Shown: positions 1 through 12,725 of the stretch, one piece after another
Layout: each line of letters starts with the position of its first letter
Position numbering within the stretch: the first letter of the stretch is position 1
From: Utricularia gibba
Taxonomy: Eukaryota; Plantae; Magnoliophyta
Direction: 5' to 3'
Length of the DNA stretch: 64,000 nucleotides
Assembly (NCBI GenBank): GCA_002189035.1
Contig: CM007992.1
Coordinates: 3,348,001-3,412,000, forward strand
Notes under the pieces: generated by a model
Seen by the model: the letters and a program-made list of their open reading frames with translations, nothing else
What the model was told of the DNA's origin: nothing
Databases searched by the model: none
Position numbers and translations under genes: made by a program

Positions 1-300
1 TCCGAGGTATGCACAAATATCTCTATCCATGTCTGCCTTTCAAAAAAACAAAAAAACAAAAAAGAAAACCCTTTTTTGGTAACTATTTAATTATCCATGG
101 CTCCATGCAAATGATTGCTCAGCCCTAAATCCAATCCCCACCACACGCTGCAAACACACATGGTCGTCGCCTTCCTTCACCACAGACCGAAGCTCCCTCC
201 TCCTCCTCCGTCTCCTCCGGTGGTATGTTGTAGGATTGGTGATGGCGAGAGAAGGGTCGCCGCCATTGGATGAGATTCTGATGATGGTGAACCATCTGAT
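1..300 (-). other. Probable 5' end of an unidentified gene running off the left edge (GC-rich first exon/leader, T-rich intron, AG acceptor near position 36)
   Basis: On the minus strand a GC/purine-rich segment (130-300) is followed by a poly-T tract ending ttttgaaag|gcagacATGGATAGAGAT. No protein family recognised. Confidence 0.25.
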
Positions 301-910
301 TCTTTGTGTGTGTGTTTGGTTCTGATTCTTGTGTTTCTCTATATCGTGTGTGTTCCTTGTTTGTGTTTGTCTCGCATCGCATCGGGTCGGGTCGGATCGG
401 ATTGATTCATTTACGGGTTTTCGAGAGGTGCCCTTTTTTGTTGTTGAATGGATGAATAGGGTTTGAGCCTCGAATGTGTGTTTTCGGGGTGGAATGGATG
501 GAATGTACGAGCATGTGAATCACGTTTTTTTTTCTTGAAGTATATGATATGATACACGTGAGAATAATGCGGTATTTATGTCATTGTAGTAAGGGGTGGG
601 GGCATTTATGTCATTATGCAATTTAATTTTTAATAAAATGAATTATGCGTATTCATTTTAATATACGTAACATGTGTTCATTGTGCGACAATTGCCGGAT
701 TTAGATGGATAGCATGCTGTAAATGGAGTGGGGTTAGAATGTGTTTTTACAATTCTACCCATGAGTCAACTGGGTGCGTGCATGTAATTAATTATTATTA
801 AGCATGCTGTAAATGGAACATGTGTTCCGTACTCCCCGGCAAAATAGGAGCACGTGAGGTTTGGCATTCCGTACATCCCTGAAGTTTGGTTCACTTGTCC
901 CTAGAACGAG

Positions 911-2244
911 ATGATGAGCTCGACGGGAGGTGCGGAACAGGATGGAATCTTTGATTTCTGCTGCGATCCGGAGTTGTTCGGTGAAAATATTCACAACTCG
1001 GAGGTCGCATCAAGCTCGAATTGTTGCCAAGAGGACGAAAGCGCCGCCGCAGCCCCGGTTTCCGCCGCCGCCGTCAACGATGAAATAAAGCAGCCGGAGA
1101 GACTGGTATTCAACGAAGATCAGGTCGACAACGAGGTCTTGGGGTCGATCCACTTCACGGCGCCGCCGTATTTAGAAAATGCGGCTGCTTCTTCCGAAAT
1201 CTGTTTAGAGAATCAGAACATGACGGGGGTGGTTCTGGGTGGTGCTCTAGTTTCGCAGCTCAATTTCCAGCGATGGCTTCCCAGCTTGCTCCGCCGCCTC
1301 TAGAAGAAGAATGCCTGCCACCCTACTTCCGGATCAGAAATTCACAGGAAGCTTGCACCTTAATGGACCCAATGATGGGGCAATATCTGACCGCTCCTCC
1401 ATTTTCTTCATCTGAAACAGCAGGAATTTTCCCCTGCGGGATCCTGGGAAATGACTTTTCAAATCAAGAGCTTGACTTTCAAGGAGATAATGGTGGATTT
1501 TTCCTATCTGATACACTTCCAAGAGTCTTCAACTGCTCAAATGAACTCCAGGTACTATTTTTCAGCAACTAGAACCACAAAAAAAGTTGAATCTTGTTTA
1601 CATTTATCCTCCCATGTTAAATGGTCTCTTTCTTGGATCAAGGCACTTAATTGTGATGGGCAACTTCCTGCCCATGGCGGAGCAGGCACTAATCCTCTTG
1701 CATCAGACATTTCTAGTCTTGAAGATCCCACCTTCAAGGTTGGAAAGTTATCAGCAGAAGAGAGGAAAAGAAAGATTCAAAGATACCTCAAGAAGCGGAA
1801 CGAGAGAAATTTCAGCAAGAAAATCAAGGTGCTAACATTCATTCACTCATTCATTCTACGTATCAACATAAGAGACTTCAAAACATACAGTATGCTTGCC
1901 GAAAAACGCTAGCAGACAGCAGGCCAAGAGTGAGGGGACGGTTCGCAAAGAATGATGAACTGGGAGAGCTTGCTAGAACGACAGGGAGCAACCAGGAAGA
2001 TGACACAGACGATGACATTAGCCTGCTTTCGAACTCGACGCCGGATCAGCAAACAAAGGTGTAACCCATCTAAACTCAAACGTAGTTTCCATCCATTCTC
2101 AGCTAAACTCAGAAAGTTCTGGTTCTTGTGTAGGATGCTTTGAAAGAAGAGGAAGATTTGGATTCAGCATCAGAGATCTTTGCACGCTTGAATGGAACGA
2201 CTGGGTTTAACTGCAGCAACTACCCAATAAAGTCATGGATATGA
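911..2244 (+). CDS. CCT-motif family (CMF/CONSTANS-like, no B-box) protein, multi-exon, with one apparent -1 frameshift in a G run at 1225-1229
   Basis: N-terminal FDFCCDPELF..NSEVASSSNCC and QELDFQGDNGG motifs. CCT domain split by an intron: KLSAEERKRKIQRYLKKRNERNFSKKIK | YACRKTLADSRPRVRGRFAKN. Last exon ends PIKSWI-TGA at 2244. Confidence 0.85.
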
Positions 2245-5200
2245 TCATCAGTTTGGCATCAGGAATTGGACTTGAGGAGGCACCTGTCTGAATAACAGAA
2301 GAGGAGAACAATAATAATGCATGCAGTGTGGCATGAAAACTCGGCCAATTTTTCAAATTAACACTGTAGCTTATGTATATAGTAACACCCCATCTCAAGG
2401 GGTGACAAAAAACTGAGAATCCATAGTAGAGAATGTGTTAAACTTGAAACTTGCAAACATTTCAGTTATCTGAACGATAATACTTAAATGGCGGAGGAAC
2501 TCCAAATGGCAGAATTAGAGTCTCTGATCGCCGACCCATCTGAGAAATTTGAAATAACAGCAGAATTCCACATCATCTCCGTTCCGATCATGAGAACCGA
2601 AATGTTTAACAGCGTACTTCGCCGATGAGAACCATCTGAGTTGCCCATTGTCGCTCTTCTCCGTGATCCGCCAAGGTCAATTTCAAACCTAGGGCTCTCT
2701 TGACCCGGCTAGGTCACCTCCATCCCCACCCCAGGAGGCTTCACCGGTGACAACGACACGACGCGGCATCCCTGGTAGGAATACCCATGATAACGGATCG
2801 GTCCCCTGCCACCAAACCCAGGCCACGCAGTGAAAATCACCTCGTACTTCGCCTCTCGGAAGTCTCCGATGAGCAAGGCCTTGGATCTTGGTCCATTGGT
2901 TCCCCTCGCGAGAGGAAAACTGAACTTCAGGCGCCTGACGAGGAATTCTTCTCGCGACTGTCGACAGCACCGAGAGGCCGAACTGCTCCTCCCAAAAAAA
3001 ATGAAAAAAAAAACACTTACGGGCCCACATGGGCTTTGTTTACTTAGGTGGGCCGACATCCGGCTATTCCTGCCCAAATCGTTCTATTATATGAAAAGAC
3101 GTATTTACCCTCAACCACTCACCAACTTGCTTGCTTGCTCCTACTTGGCCAGCAAAATGGAATCTTGTGATGAAGCAATGCAACTAATTACCCAAAGAGA
3201 TGGAAAAGTGCTTGACATATCTGGTGAGTTGCATCATGTGCATCACCCTTTTCTTCCCAATATTTCTACGAATATGTCATCTCCAAAACATATCGAATGG
3301 ATTTACAATATCAGAGTTTTTCGCTATCAATTCAAAAGCCCGACAAGTAAGCCCATTATCTAATGAAAACAATTTCTATCATATATAATGAGTGTATATG
3401 ATAAGCTTGTGAGACATACATTTAGCATATACTTAGCGTATATATGTAATCTTTTAGATATGGTTATCTTTCAAAATATTAACATTATATCTAGTAATGT
3501 ATCTATTTTAAAAAATTAGGAGAATTCGTCTATTTATAGCGTCTAATGTGTGTTTTATATGCCTTTCCAGAGGCTTTTGGAAGAAACATTTTTGAATGAA
3601 AGAGAACCTTGTTATTATGTATCTACATGGTTTGGGTCCATAGAATCATACTTGATAATGATATTATGTTTTTTTCAATTGTTATATTGGTTCATTCAAT
3701 TTTAATGAAACTATTTTAGGACAAGCAGTTATTACAATTTAACAACTTGAGATGTCTACAAAAATGGGTCATGCTCAACAACTTTCACCAACACCATGAT
3801 GCAACCCCCACTTGGTTCAATAATTACATCAATGTGATAGCAAACTTTGGGTTGGATTCGATTCAATCCGAATCAATGATTTTTTTAGATTCGATTCGAT
3901 ATTTTTTGTTAAAAAAAATAAAAAAAATCCTAAAATTTAAAAAATATTTACATTTTTCATAACATTTTACAATTATGAGAATTCAATCACGAGTCGATTT
4001 AAAATGCTTGTAGTAACAAACAACTGCCAAGGATTAGTGACTCAAGATTAGGTTCACTTTTACGGAAAGAAGGGCTTCTTGTAAGGGGATCCAAAGGGAA
4101 TTATTCCATGTTCTTGAAACCTAGGGACACCCCATTTCTTGCCCTAGACACCGACATTATCAAAAACTCCAATTTTCTATGGCTTTTTTTTTGTAAAAAA
4201 AAATAATGATAAGCAATGTGAATTTCCTTTATTAATAGGTTATGTTTGGTTAGAATTCAGTTGAAGTGATGGGTTTTGGGGGTAATATTGTAAAATGATC
4301 ATCCCGTTTTTAAGCGTGTGAAAAATAATCATCCTTAATATTAATGCATTGGCTAATCTAAAACAACACACTTGCTTTATACAAAACATTTGAAGTTTGC
4401 AAGGAAGTGGTTAGATGCTTCAAATGGTTTCCTCCAAAAAAAGATTAACATCTTTTCGGAGATCGTTAGAAGTCGATGACTTCAACGTTGACTTTTGGTC
4501 CAATCGGAGTAAACCCTAACCCGATCCATGCCCACCAAGGTGGATGATCGATTGGGTGAGATTATTGCAACAAAGGGCTCCTTTTTTCTGTCACGTGTCT
4601 CGCATTTATTGCATGTCGATGGTTTGTGCCCTAATTCGCTCCTTTGCTCCAAATGTTTGTCCACACAACTACAACTATGGCGATGGTATCCTTTTCTAGC
4701 AATTGCTGAGCCATACGGCACCGTTTCATGGAATTAAAAAGAGGCACGTAAATAAAGAACCCTGATGCTTTATGACGATGAAGGCATTATAAGCCATTTT
4801 AGTTGGTGGTAAAAGCTTTTTAACCATATTCCTCTACGAATCATGGGTTTCAATAAGCTCATACCATGAGGAGGATTCGTAATTTGTTGACGTAACGAAA
4901 GTTCGATTACTCAATCTTTACGTTTGTTTTTTTCGATTATTTCTACCCATTTGTTGTGTTCTTTCGACAAGGAAGAAGAAAAAAAAAAGGGTTGGATGCA
5001 AAATTTAGTTTACATACACAAAGATAAAAAAAAAAAAAAACTAATATTAAAGATGTTTATTTTTATCATATACATAATCACAACCTTGGTCATTTTTCCA
5101 TGAAAAATATTTTACATTTTCCAATTCAACCATCAACTTTTAATTTCGGAGTTCTGAGAAAACCCTCATAGCCAAAATTCAGAATCAACGGTATCATTTG

Positions 5201-5291
5201 CATTTCTATGCTAAAATTTTTATTTTTTTAGTGTGTTAAATTATCAATATTAATCTGAATTTTTTTGTAGTACTCGCCTCCATGTGGCTCA

Positions 5292-5335
5292 GGCTCTGGT
5301 TAGACAGAAACATGGCTCTGGTTAGACAGAAACAT
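5292..5335. repeat. Perfect 22-bp tandem duplication (GGCTCTGGTTAGACAGAAACAT x2)
   Basis: Read directly from the sequence. Confidence 0.9.
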
Positions 5336-5710
5336 TTCTACGCTAAAGAATTATATGTTATATACAAATAAAAACATTCATATATAACAAAAAAAAGTAA
5401 CTGAAAAATAAAATAATTCGTTATTTTCCTGGGAACAAGAAACCCAGTAGGGTTGAAAGACAGAAACAGCAAAAGCGGGAAGATAAGTGAGAAAGAGGGC
5501 CAATGGAATGAGGGATTAGAGGTCCATCACGTCCTCCATTACTGGTATCGTCAATCAGTTCAGTGCACGTCGTGGTTATGCTTATGCTTGGGGTGCTTCT
5601 GTAACTCCACTCCAGTACGGCTACGTCTACATCAGTCAGTCATCTATTGAAATACCCGACCTTTTTCTACCGGCATCTGGTACTCCGATGCTTGAGTCAA
5701 CCTCTCAACC

Positions 5711-5856
5711 GGGTTAATTGGGTATCTAGCCCACTGCAAAAAAACTCTTAGCTAATTTATGTAGGTATGAGGTCAATAGCCCTATTTTTATCATAAATAA
5801 AAAAATTAAAACAATTATTATTTACGAAAAATAATAAAATTAAATTAAATATACAT

Positions 5857-5888
<32 letters not shown>

Positions 5889-6792
5889 TTTTCACTTTAT
5901 ATTTTTATTTCTACTAAAATTAGATATATTTAATCAGTTAATTTTAAAAATATAACATAGATATCAATATGACTGTTTCGTAATTATCTTTAAAATGTTT
6001 TCATAGTCTAATGAAACTTTTTCATGATGTTCTCTTGATTTTTGTTGTAATTCGCTGATTAATTTGTATAACTATCATGGAAATTTTTTTTTGTATTTTA
6101 AGTACTTTCATGATAATATTGGTTTTCTCAGTATTCGTAGTTCTATCAAAAAAGTGAAAATATTTATACAAAGTCATTATATAAAATGCTTTCAACTCAA
6201 TTTATTTAATCGTTTTGGTACATTGCCTAATGATATAATTAATACATAATAATATTTCAATTTTTTTAAAAAAAAATTAAATGTGAAAATGTACTAGCCA
6301 AATAACTTAATAAATTAGGTATAAGATAGAAGATTATTCTAAATAGATAAAAATGTTGACGAATAGATTTTTTCATTTAGTTTTTTAAAAAAACATTGAG
6401 AAATATTATTGTGTATTAATTATATAATTAGGCAATGTACCAAAACATATTTTTGAGTTAAATAAATTAAGTTAAAAGCATTTACTATAATAATTCAGTA
6501 TAAATATTTTCATGTCTTTTTTATATTAATTTTCATATTTATATTTCTGTTATATTTTTAAAATTAAATAATTAAATATATCTAATTTTAGTAAAAAAAG
6601 AATATAAAATCAAAATGTTAATTAATATAAAGTATATTATATATATATATATATATATGTATTGTATTTTCGTAAATAATAATTATTTTATTTTTTATTT
6701 ATGATAAAAGTAAGAATATTGACCTAATACCTACATAAAATAGTACCATTTAGCTAAGAGTTTTTGCAGTGGGCTACATACCCAATTAACCC
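5711..6792. mobile_element. Non-autonomous TIR DNA transposon / large MITE (~1.08 kb, Mutator-like appearance)
   Basis: ~70-bp imperfect terminal inverted repeats (GGGTTAATTGGGTATCTAGCCCACTGCAAAAA.. / ..TTTTTGCAGTGGGCTACATACCCAATTAACCC) around a very AT-rich interior with (TACA)n and (TA)n tracts. CTCAACC occurs on both flanks (TSD-like). Confidence 0.8.
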
Positions 6793-7076
6793 TCAACCTA
6801 CTTGTGTCTGTAGATGAGGGTGATGAAATGGATTCATGGAATGTTGTGCAGCAAATCTGTCTGGCACTCCAATACAGAGGCATTTTGGACTGAGAAATGA
6901 TGTTATTTGGCTTATTAACCTGAAAAAAGTGCAAAAGGAGATGGTGCGCCGTCTGATGACATCATTGTTTTAGTTGAATGAGCACGTAAGTGATTGCAAA
7001 AGAAACTCTATATAAACCATCCATCTTCTTCTGTAGGTGGAAGTTGCAGGATTTCTCTCTCGGGCCGGGTCGGGAA

Positions 7077-10000
7077 ATGGTGAAATTCTCTAAGGAGCTC
7101 GAGGCTGGGGTGATTCCTGAGTGGAAAGAAGCCTTTGTTAACTATCGCCAGCTGAAGAAGCAGGTGAAGGGCATCAAGCTTTCATGCAGACAAAAGCTTC
7201 TTTCCCCGGAGTCCGGCGGCTGCTCGATCGGAGCCGTGCTCCGCCGCATGTGGGGAGGCGAGCGTGAGCTGCAGATGATTAAGGTACGCTTTTAGGAGGG
7301 GAGATGCAGCATATACTTGGGGTTCTTTACTTTTCCCTTTCTGAGTCACTCGCAGAAAGGTGGCACGGAATGCGTAAGAAGCCATAGTGGCTTTCGTAAA
7401 CTCTTCTAACATTGTCTACTGTAATGGCACACATGCCATTCCATGTTGTTGCCTTTTTGCTCGTCATCACTAAAGTTGCAACTAACGAGCAGAATTCGGG
7501 TCTCGGGTCCGCATGCTAGTCTCAGATTTTGTAGAAGGTAAAGCTCTGAATGTGAACTGCAGGACAAGGTTCAGAACAAGATGAATCTCAAGGAAGAAGA
7601 AGATGATGAGGAAGAGGGGAAGGTGAAGAAGATGAACCATGTCAACAAAGTGAACTCTCTCAGCTATTCTCTCTAGAAGATGAGGTGCGTATCTGTGTGT
7701 GTTCTATGAAAAGCATGGAACCGGCGGGAACTTAATCGACAGAACTCACAGGTGAGAACATTTCTGGAGATGCTGAACGTCGAGCTCACCAAAGTGAACC
7801 AATTCCACGCCGCCAGAGAAGAGGAGTTCTTGGAAAGAGGGGACTTGCTGAAGAAGCAGCTGCAAATTCTGCTCGATGTGAAAAGGGTTTTGTCTGATCG
7901 GCGAAGGGCCGGTGTTTCCCCCGATCAACCTCCTTGTCTCTTGGGAAGTCGGGTCGTTTCTCAAGTGATCAGGGTTCGGTCATTTCGTCGGACAGCTTCC
8001 GTGCAGAGGGAAACGACTCCGGAACCGATGACGTGATCGCGGCTCTGGAGAAAAACGGGATCAATTTCGTCAACTCAGCCAACGCAAAGAAAGGGGATAC
8101 GAAAGCGCCGTTCAGAATCGATATTCCGGCGACGGGGAGGATTGCGGCGGCGACGGCGATTATATGGGAGGACTTCGTGAACAATCCCAAGAAGGGAGGG
8201 GACGGTGGTGTCATCACCAGGAGGCAGGTGCACTGCGCCGAGAAGTTGATACGCAATGGATTCGTCGAACTCTACCGTGGACTCGCCTTACTCCAAACCT
8301 ACAGGTGCAAAACTGTCTTTTCACTTACTTATGGACCCCACCACTTGAAATTACCCCCATTTCCTAATAAATTGGAATGCCGTGTAGGATAGGAATACTA
8401 CTACAACAATAATTTACAATATATGCCTACTAAAATGTATATTTATAAAAGTAGTCCTTGTGTGCAAAAATAAAAATAATTTTCTGAAAAATTAAAAATA
8501 AAAATAATTTTATTCCAAAATACTATCAATTGTAAAAGTAATTCTATCAAAATAATTTTAAAATTATACTATAAATTTTTTTTTTGATTTGAAAATTAAT
8601 TCTGTATCTATTTTTATAGTTTTTTTAGAACATTTACAATCTTTTTCTATTTTTATCAATTTATTTTTATTTTTTAAAATTAAATTTGAAAAAATAGAAA
8701 TAAATTTTAAAAAATTTTCAATTATTTGAATAAATAATCAGTTGCCGCTATCTTTTGATTTTCTAAAACCCCCCCCCACAAGAAAAACATAAATTCACTT
8801 TTTTGCCGCTGTCCCTCTTTCTTGTGCAGTGGCTTGAACATGTTGGCCTTCAGTAAAATCCTCAAGAAATTCAGCAAGGTGATGACCCTAGAAACATCTC
8901 TCTTGATGGAAACATCTTTTTCTTTTTTCTGTATGTGTTGCTTGAAACATGTTTGAGCAGCAGGTATCCAGCATGGATGACATAGCAAATGATCGTCTGC
9001 TAAGCATCAAGGAGTCGAACTTCATCACCTCAGATAAGGTAACAGCAGCTTTTACTGTTTAGTTTTACCTTTCAACTGGTAGTAGATGCAGATCCATGTC
9101 ATAAGTGGTTGTTGTGAAGTTGCAAGAGTTATTATTCTGCTCAGGTGCAGATGGTTTCTGGTGCTTTGTTTGATTGTTTGGGAATGTGAATGATGGGATG
9201 TTGTGTGGTTTGTGAAGGTGGTGAAGCTAATGGACGAGGTGGAGTCGCTTTTTACGCAGCATTTCGCCTGTAACGACCGGCGAAAGACAGTGAAGTTCTT
9301 GAGACCTCAGCAGAACAAGGGCTCATCTCACATGGTTACCTTCTTCGTTGGTAAGTATGTGTGTGAAACTGCTGTAAAACATCTCCTGTTTTTTTCAGCA
9401 ATTTGTGGGAGTTTCGATTTGAATTCGCAGGTTTGTTCACCGGTAGCTTCTTCATGTTGTTCTTGGCATATGTGATCTTGTCACATGCAAACGGTGTGTT
9501 TTCATCTAGAGCTGAAACGGCATACATGGAGATAGTTTATCCTGTCTTCAGGTACAATACACAACTGCTGTCTAAAGAATTTTGATGAACTGCAAAATCT
9601 GATCAAATCAATTTCGTGAGCAGCATATTCGCCCTGTTTAGCTTACACTTGTTCATGTATGGCTGCAACCTAATGGTGTGGAAACGGAGTAGAATCAACT
9701 ACAACTTCATCTTTGATTTCAAGGCAAACACAGCTCTCAAGTACAGAGATGCCTTCTTGATGTGCACCTGTATCATGACTGTTGTTGTAGGAGCCATGGT
9801 CCTGCATCTTTTCTTGATCTATAAAGACCGCCTCCCGCGTGGCCAAGCCGACTTAATTCCGGCAATACTCTTACTGGTAAGCACTGAATATTCTCAACAA
9901 GTAGCCCAGCAGATATATATGTGACAAGGTATTCACCAAGATCCTTCATCTTCAAGGTCTCTGCAGTGGTAATGGTATGTCCTTTTAACATTCTCTACCG

Positions 10001-11134
10001 CTCAACGAGATACTGCTTCCTGCGAGTCATTGGCCGCATCATATGTGCCCCATTTTACAAGGTTCGTGTCTTCATGGAGATAACACCAGTCTTCATGTAA
10101 TAAGCTGATACTTGGAAACTGTGGCAGGTGGTGATGGTGGACTTCTTCATGGCTGATCAGCTTACAAGTCAGGTGAGCCTCTTACTGCCTCCTTCAATGG
10201 ATAACTCGATGCTGCAACACTACTAAGATTTCTCTGTAAAGATACCAATGCTTAGGCATATGGAATCAGCAGCCTGCTATTTTCTAGCCAAGGGATTCAG
10301 GAATCCAAGTACTAATGTCTGCAAGTCTGGAAGGATGTTCACAGAGCTGGCTTACGTTATTTCCTTTCTTCCATACTTCTGGAGGGCAATGCAGGTAGTT
10401 GACTAACCTTGCAGGATACTTATCTCTGCTAATGAATCCTGATCATGGATGTCTTGCAGTGCGCAAGGAGGTGGCACGATGAATCCCATGTCGACCATCT
10501 TGCTAACTTGGGCAAGTATCTTTCAGCCATGGTAGCAGCCGGGGCACGCCTGTCATATTCTAGACAACCAACTGTGCAATGGAAGGCCACAGTTGTAGGG
10601 ACTTCATTGATCGCCACAGTTTATCAGTTGTACTGGGATTTTGTCAAGGATTGGGGATTTCTGAACCCAAAATCAAGGAATCCTTGGCTTAGAGATGAGC
10701 TGGTTTTCAAGCACAGAGGAATCTACTATGCATCAATTGTTAGTTTCACCTTCTTCTCCTGAATGAGCTTCCATTCTCTCAAATCTAATGTTGTTTCTTT
10801 CCTTTGATGTCAGGCATTCAACTTCATTCTGAGAGTGGCCTGGATTCAAACCATAGTGAGATTCAATGTGGGAATCTTTGAGTCACAACTGATCGACTTC
10901 TTGTTTGCTTCTTTGGAGGTCATTCGTCGTGGACACTGGAATTACTACAGGTAAGCGTCTGAGAAGACTCCCTTTATTCTATTTCCTTCTACTCAATCTA
11001 CAGAAAATCTGAAAACTCATCAGATGCTCCTTAAATGGTGCAGGCTTGAAAATGAACACTTGAACAATGCCGGGAAATTCAGAGTCCTGAAACCTGTTCC
11101 ATTGCCATTTCAAGAGGGTGATTATGATGTGTAA
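7077..11134 (+). CDS. PHO1: Phosphate exporter PHO1 (SPX-EXS), multi-exon, with one apparent -1 frameshift in the C run at 7918-7922
   Basis: Starts [34 protein letters not shown] parts ([15 protein letters not shown]; [16 protein letters not shown]; [13 protein letters not shown]). EXS exons ([11 protein letters not shown]; [18 protein letters not shown]; [10 protein letters not shown]; [17 protein letters not shown]). Stop TAA at 11134. Confidence 0.93.
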
Positions 11135-11862
11135 AAAGCAGGACTTTCAGTCACATTGCTAGGGGCCCTATCTAATCCAAGGAATTTAACCTTAGGACAT
11201 TTGTAAATATGAATCAATACTATGAGGTCTCTAGATATTAGCTTGCAGTTCAGAACCATAGCATTCATTTGCAAACTTAGAGCAGTACTCGCTGCTCATT
11301 CCTTTTCAAATAAACCGAAGAATATGATGTTCAATAAATTGGACAATACTTGGATTTTTTCTGGTGAATACCTGTCTGCTTTTGTTGTCCTTGCTCTGTC
11401 CGGCTAGAATAATGGAGTGTAAAGTAACAACAGCAGAGTAAAGTTAGCGAAGAAGGCGATGAACTATCTCTTTATGAAGCCTTCATCCTGTCCAATACAG
11501 CACCATGCTGAACGCAGTGAATCGTGTGATTGAACATCAAAAAATTATTCATGCTGAATTTCACCAGGAACTCGTGAATCTTTTTTTGTAGGAAAGGTGC
11601 ACAACTAATGCGTGCTTTCAACAAACATCATTTAACTTTAGATGAAGTGGATGATTACACCAATATGATATGAAAAGAAGGCATCACACAAACATATCCA
11701 TTACATATTGAATGAACTAACAGAGAAACCACATTGTTTCAGGCAAGAACACTACATCAATCAGGCGATTCCTAAAATCCAACCATAAAAAACGTTCCAT
11801 ATTTAAATTGATGCATGCAGCAAACTCTGCAGTTCTCCTTTCTCCCTCGTCCTCCAGTTGCT

Positions 11863-12303
11863 TCACTCGTCCTCCCTCTCAGGAGGAAGCCCACATGGTA
11901 AGAGCATTTTCTGCAGTAAAATGATGACGCCAACTTTTTTAGCAGCCGCATCAAACGAACAATACGCCAAAAAAAGCACAACTCTTTTTACAAAAAACCT
12001 ACTTGCATAAAGTTGTAGCGTTCTCTTCCGATAGATTCATTCTCCGCGACCGCAAAATAAGCGAGCATCGGATAATGCCCAATGTATGAAGCATGACTAT
12101 CTCGATGGATATTCACCGCCCATTCGCTGCAAACACCACATCCACAACTCACCACAAACAGCGAGAAGCATGGAAAAACAGCAACCATAAGCCAACAAAC
12201 CGCAAGCTCACAATCTCGTCAAGTCGGCGTGGCCCGTCCCCACATACTTAGCCTGCAAGTGCTCGAGCTGGGAGTTGATGTTGAATCTGTCACTCGCCTG
12301 CAT
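11863..12303 (-). CDS. SF3B5: Splicing factor 3B subunit 5 (SF3b10), 3 exons
   Basis: Spliced translation MQASDRFNINSQLEHLQAKYVGTGHADLTRF|EWAVNIHRDSHASYIGHYPMLAYFAVAENESIGRERYNFMQ|KMLLPCGLPPEREDE* with GT-AG introns. Confidence 0.95.
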
Positions 12304-12607
12304 CTCCCAAATCCCAAATTCCCAAATTGGAGATCCGCTAGGGCTTTTCTAGTTTTTTTTTTTTTTTTTTTTTCCACCGAGCCCAGGATTTTTATAGTTG
12401 GGTAAACAGGTCGGATTCTGAAACCGGGTCCACGAACCCTATATTTAGAATGCATTTTCAAGATAATTTACCTTTAAAATATCATTTAATTGTGTTTTCC
12501 CAAATCATCACAATCATTTGATTTGGGACGAAAACAAATGAGAAATTTGTCCCTAACGAATGATTTTGACAAAAATCATCAATTAACCGCAAACAAAAAT
12601 TTTCCTT

Positions 12608-12725
12608 AATTAGTTCCTATTGTTTTAAATATTTGACGTACTTAGTCTCTATTGTTTTAATATTTGACGTAATTAATTTCTATTATTTTAAATATTTGGT
12701 GTAATTAGTTCCTATTATTTGAAAA
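12608..12725. repeat. Degenerate ~31-bp tandem repeat, about 4 copies (AATTAGTTCCTATTGTTTTAAATATTTGACGT-like)
   Basis: Read directly; such arrays often lie inside DNA-transposon termini. Confidence 0.65.

Noticed and set aside
1229-1270. Mini-intron as an explanation for the CCT frameshift
   Set aside because: The only frame-restoring candidate is 32 nt, too short for a plant intron; one extra G in the G5 run explains it.
3155-3250. miR172-like GGAATCTTGTGATGAAGC
   Set aside because: Several mismatches to the mature miRNA and no complementary star arm.
5292-5335. Short direct repeats as a CRISPR-like array (also 12608-12725)
   Set aside because: Plant nuclear DNA; the repeats are adjacent with no unique spacers.
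11990-12130. Apparent H/ACA snoRNA-like double hairpin ending in ACA
   Set aside because: The segment is exon 2 of SF3B5, and there is no valid H box.
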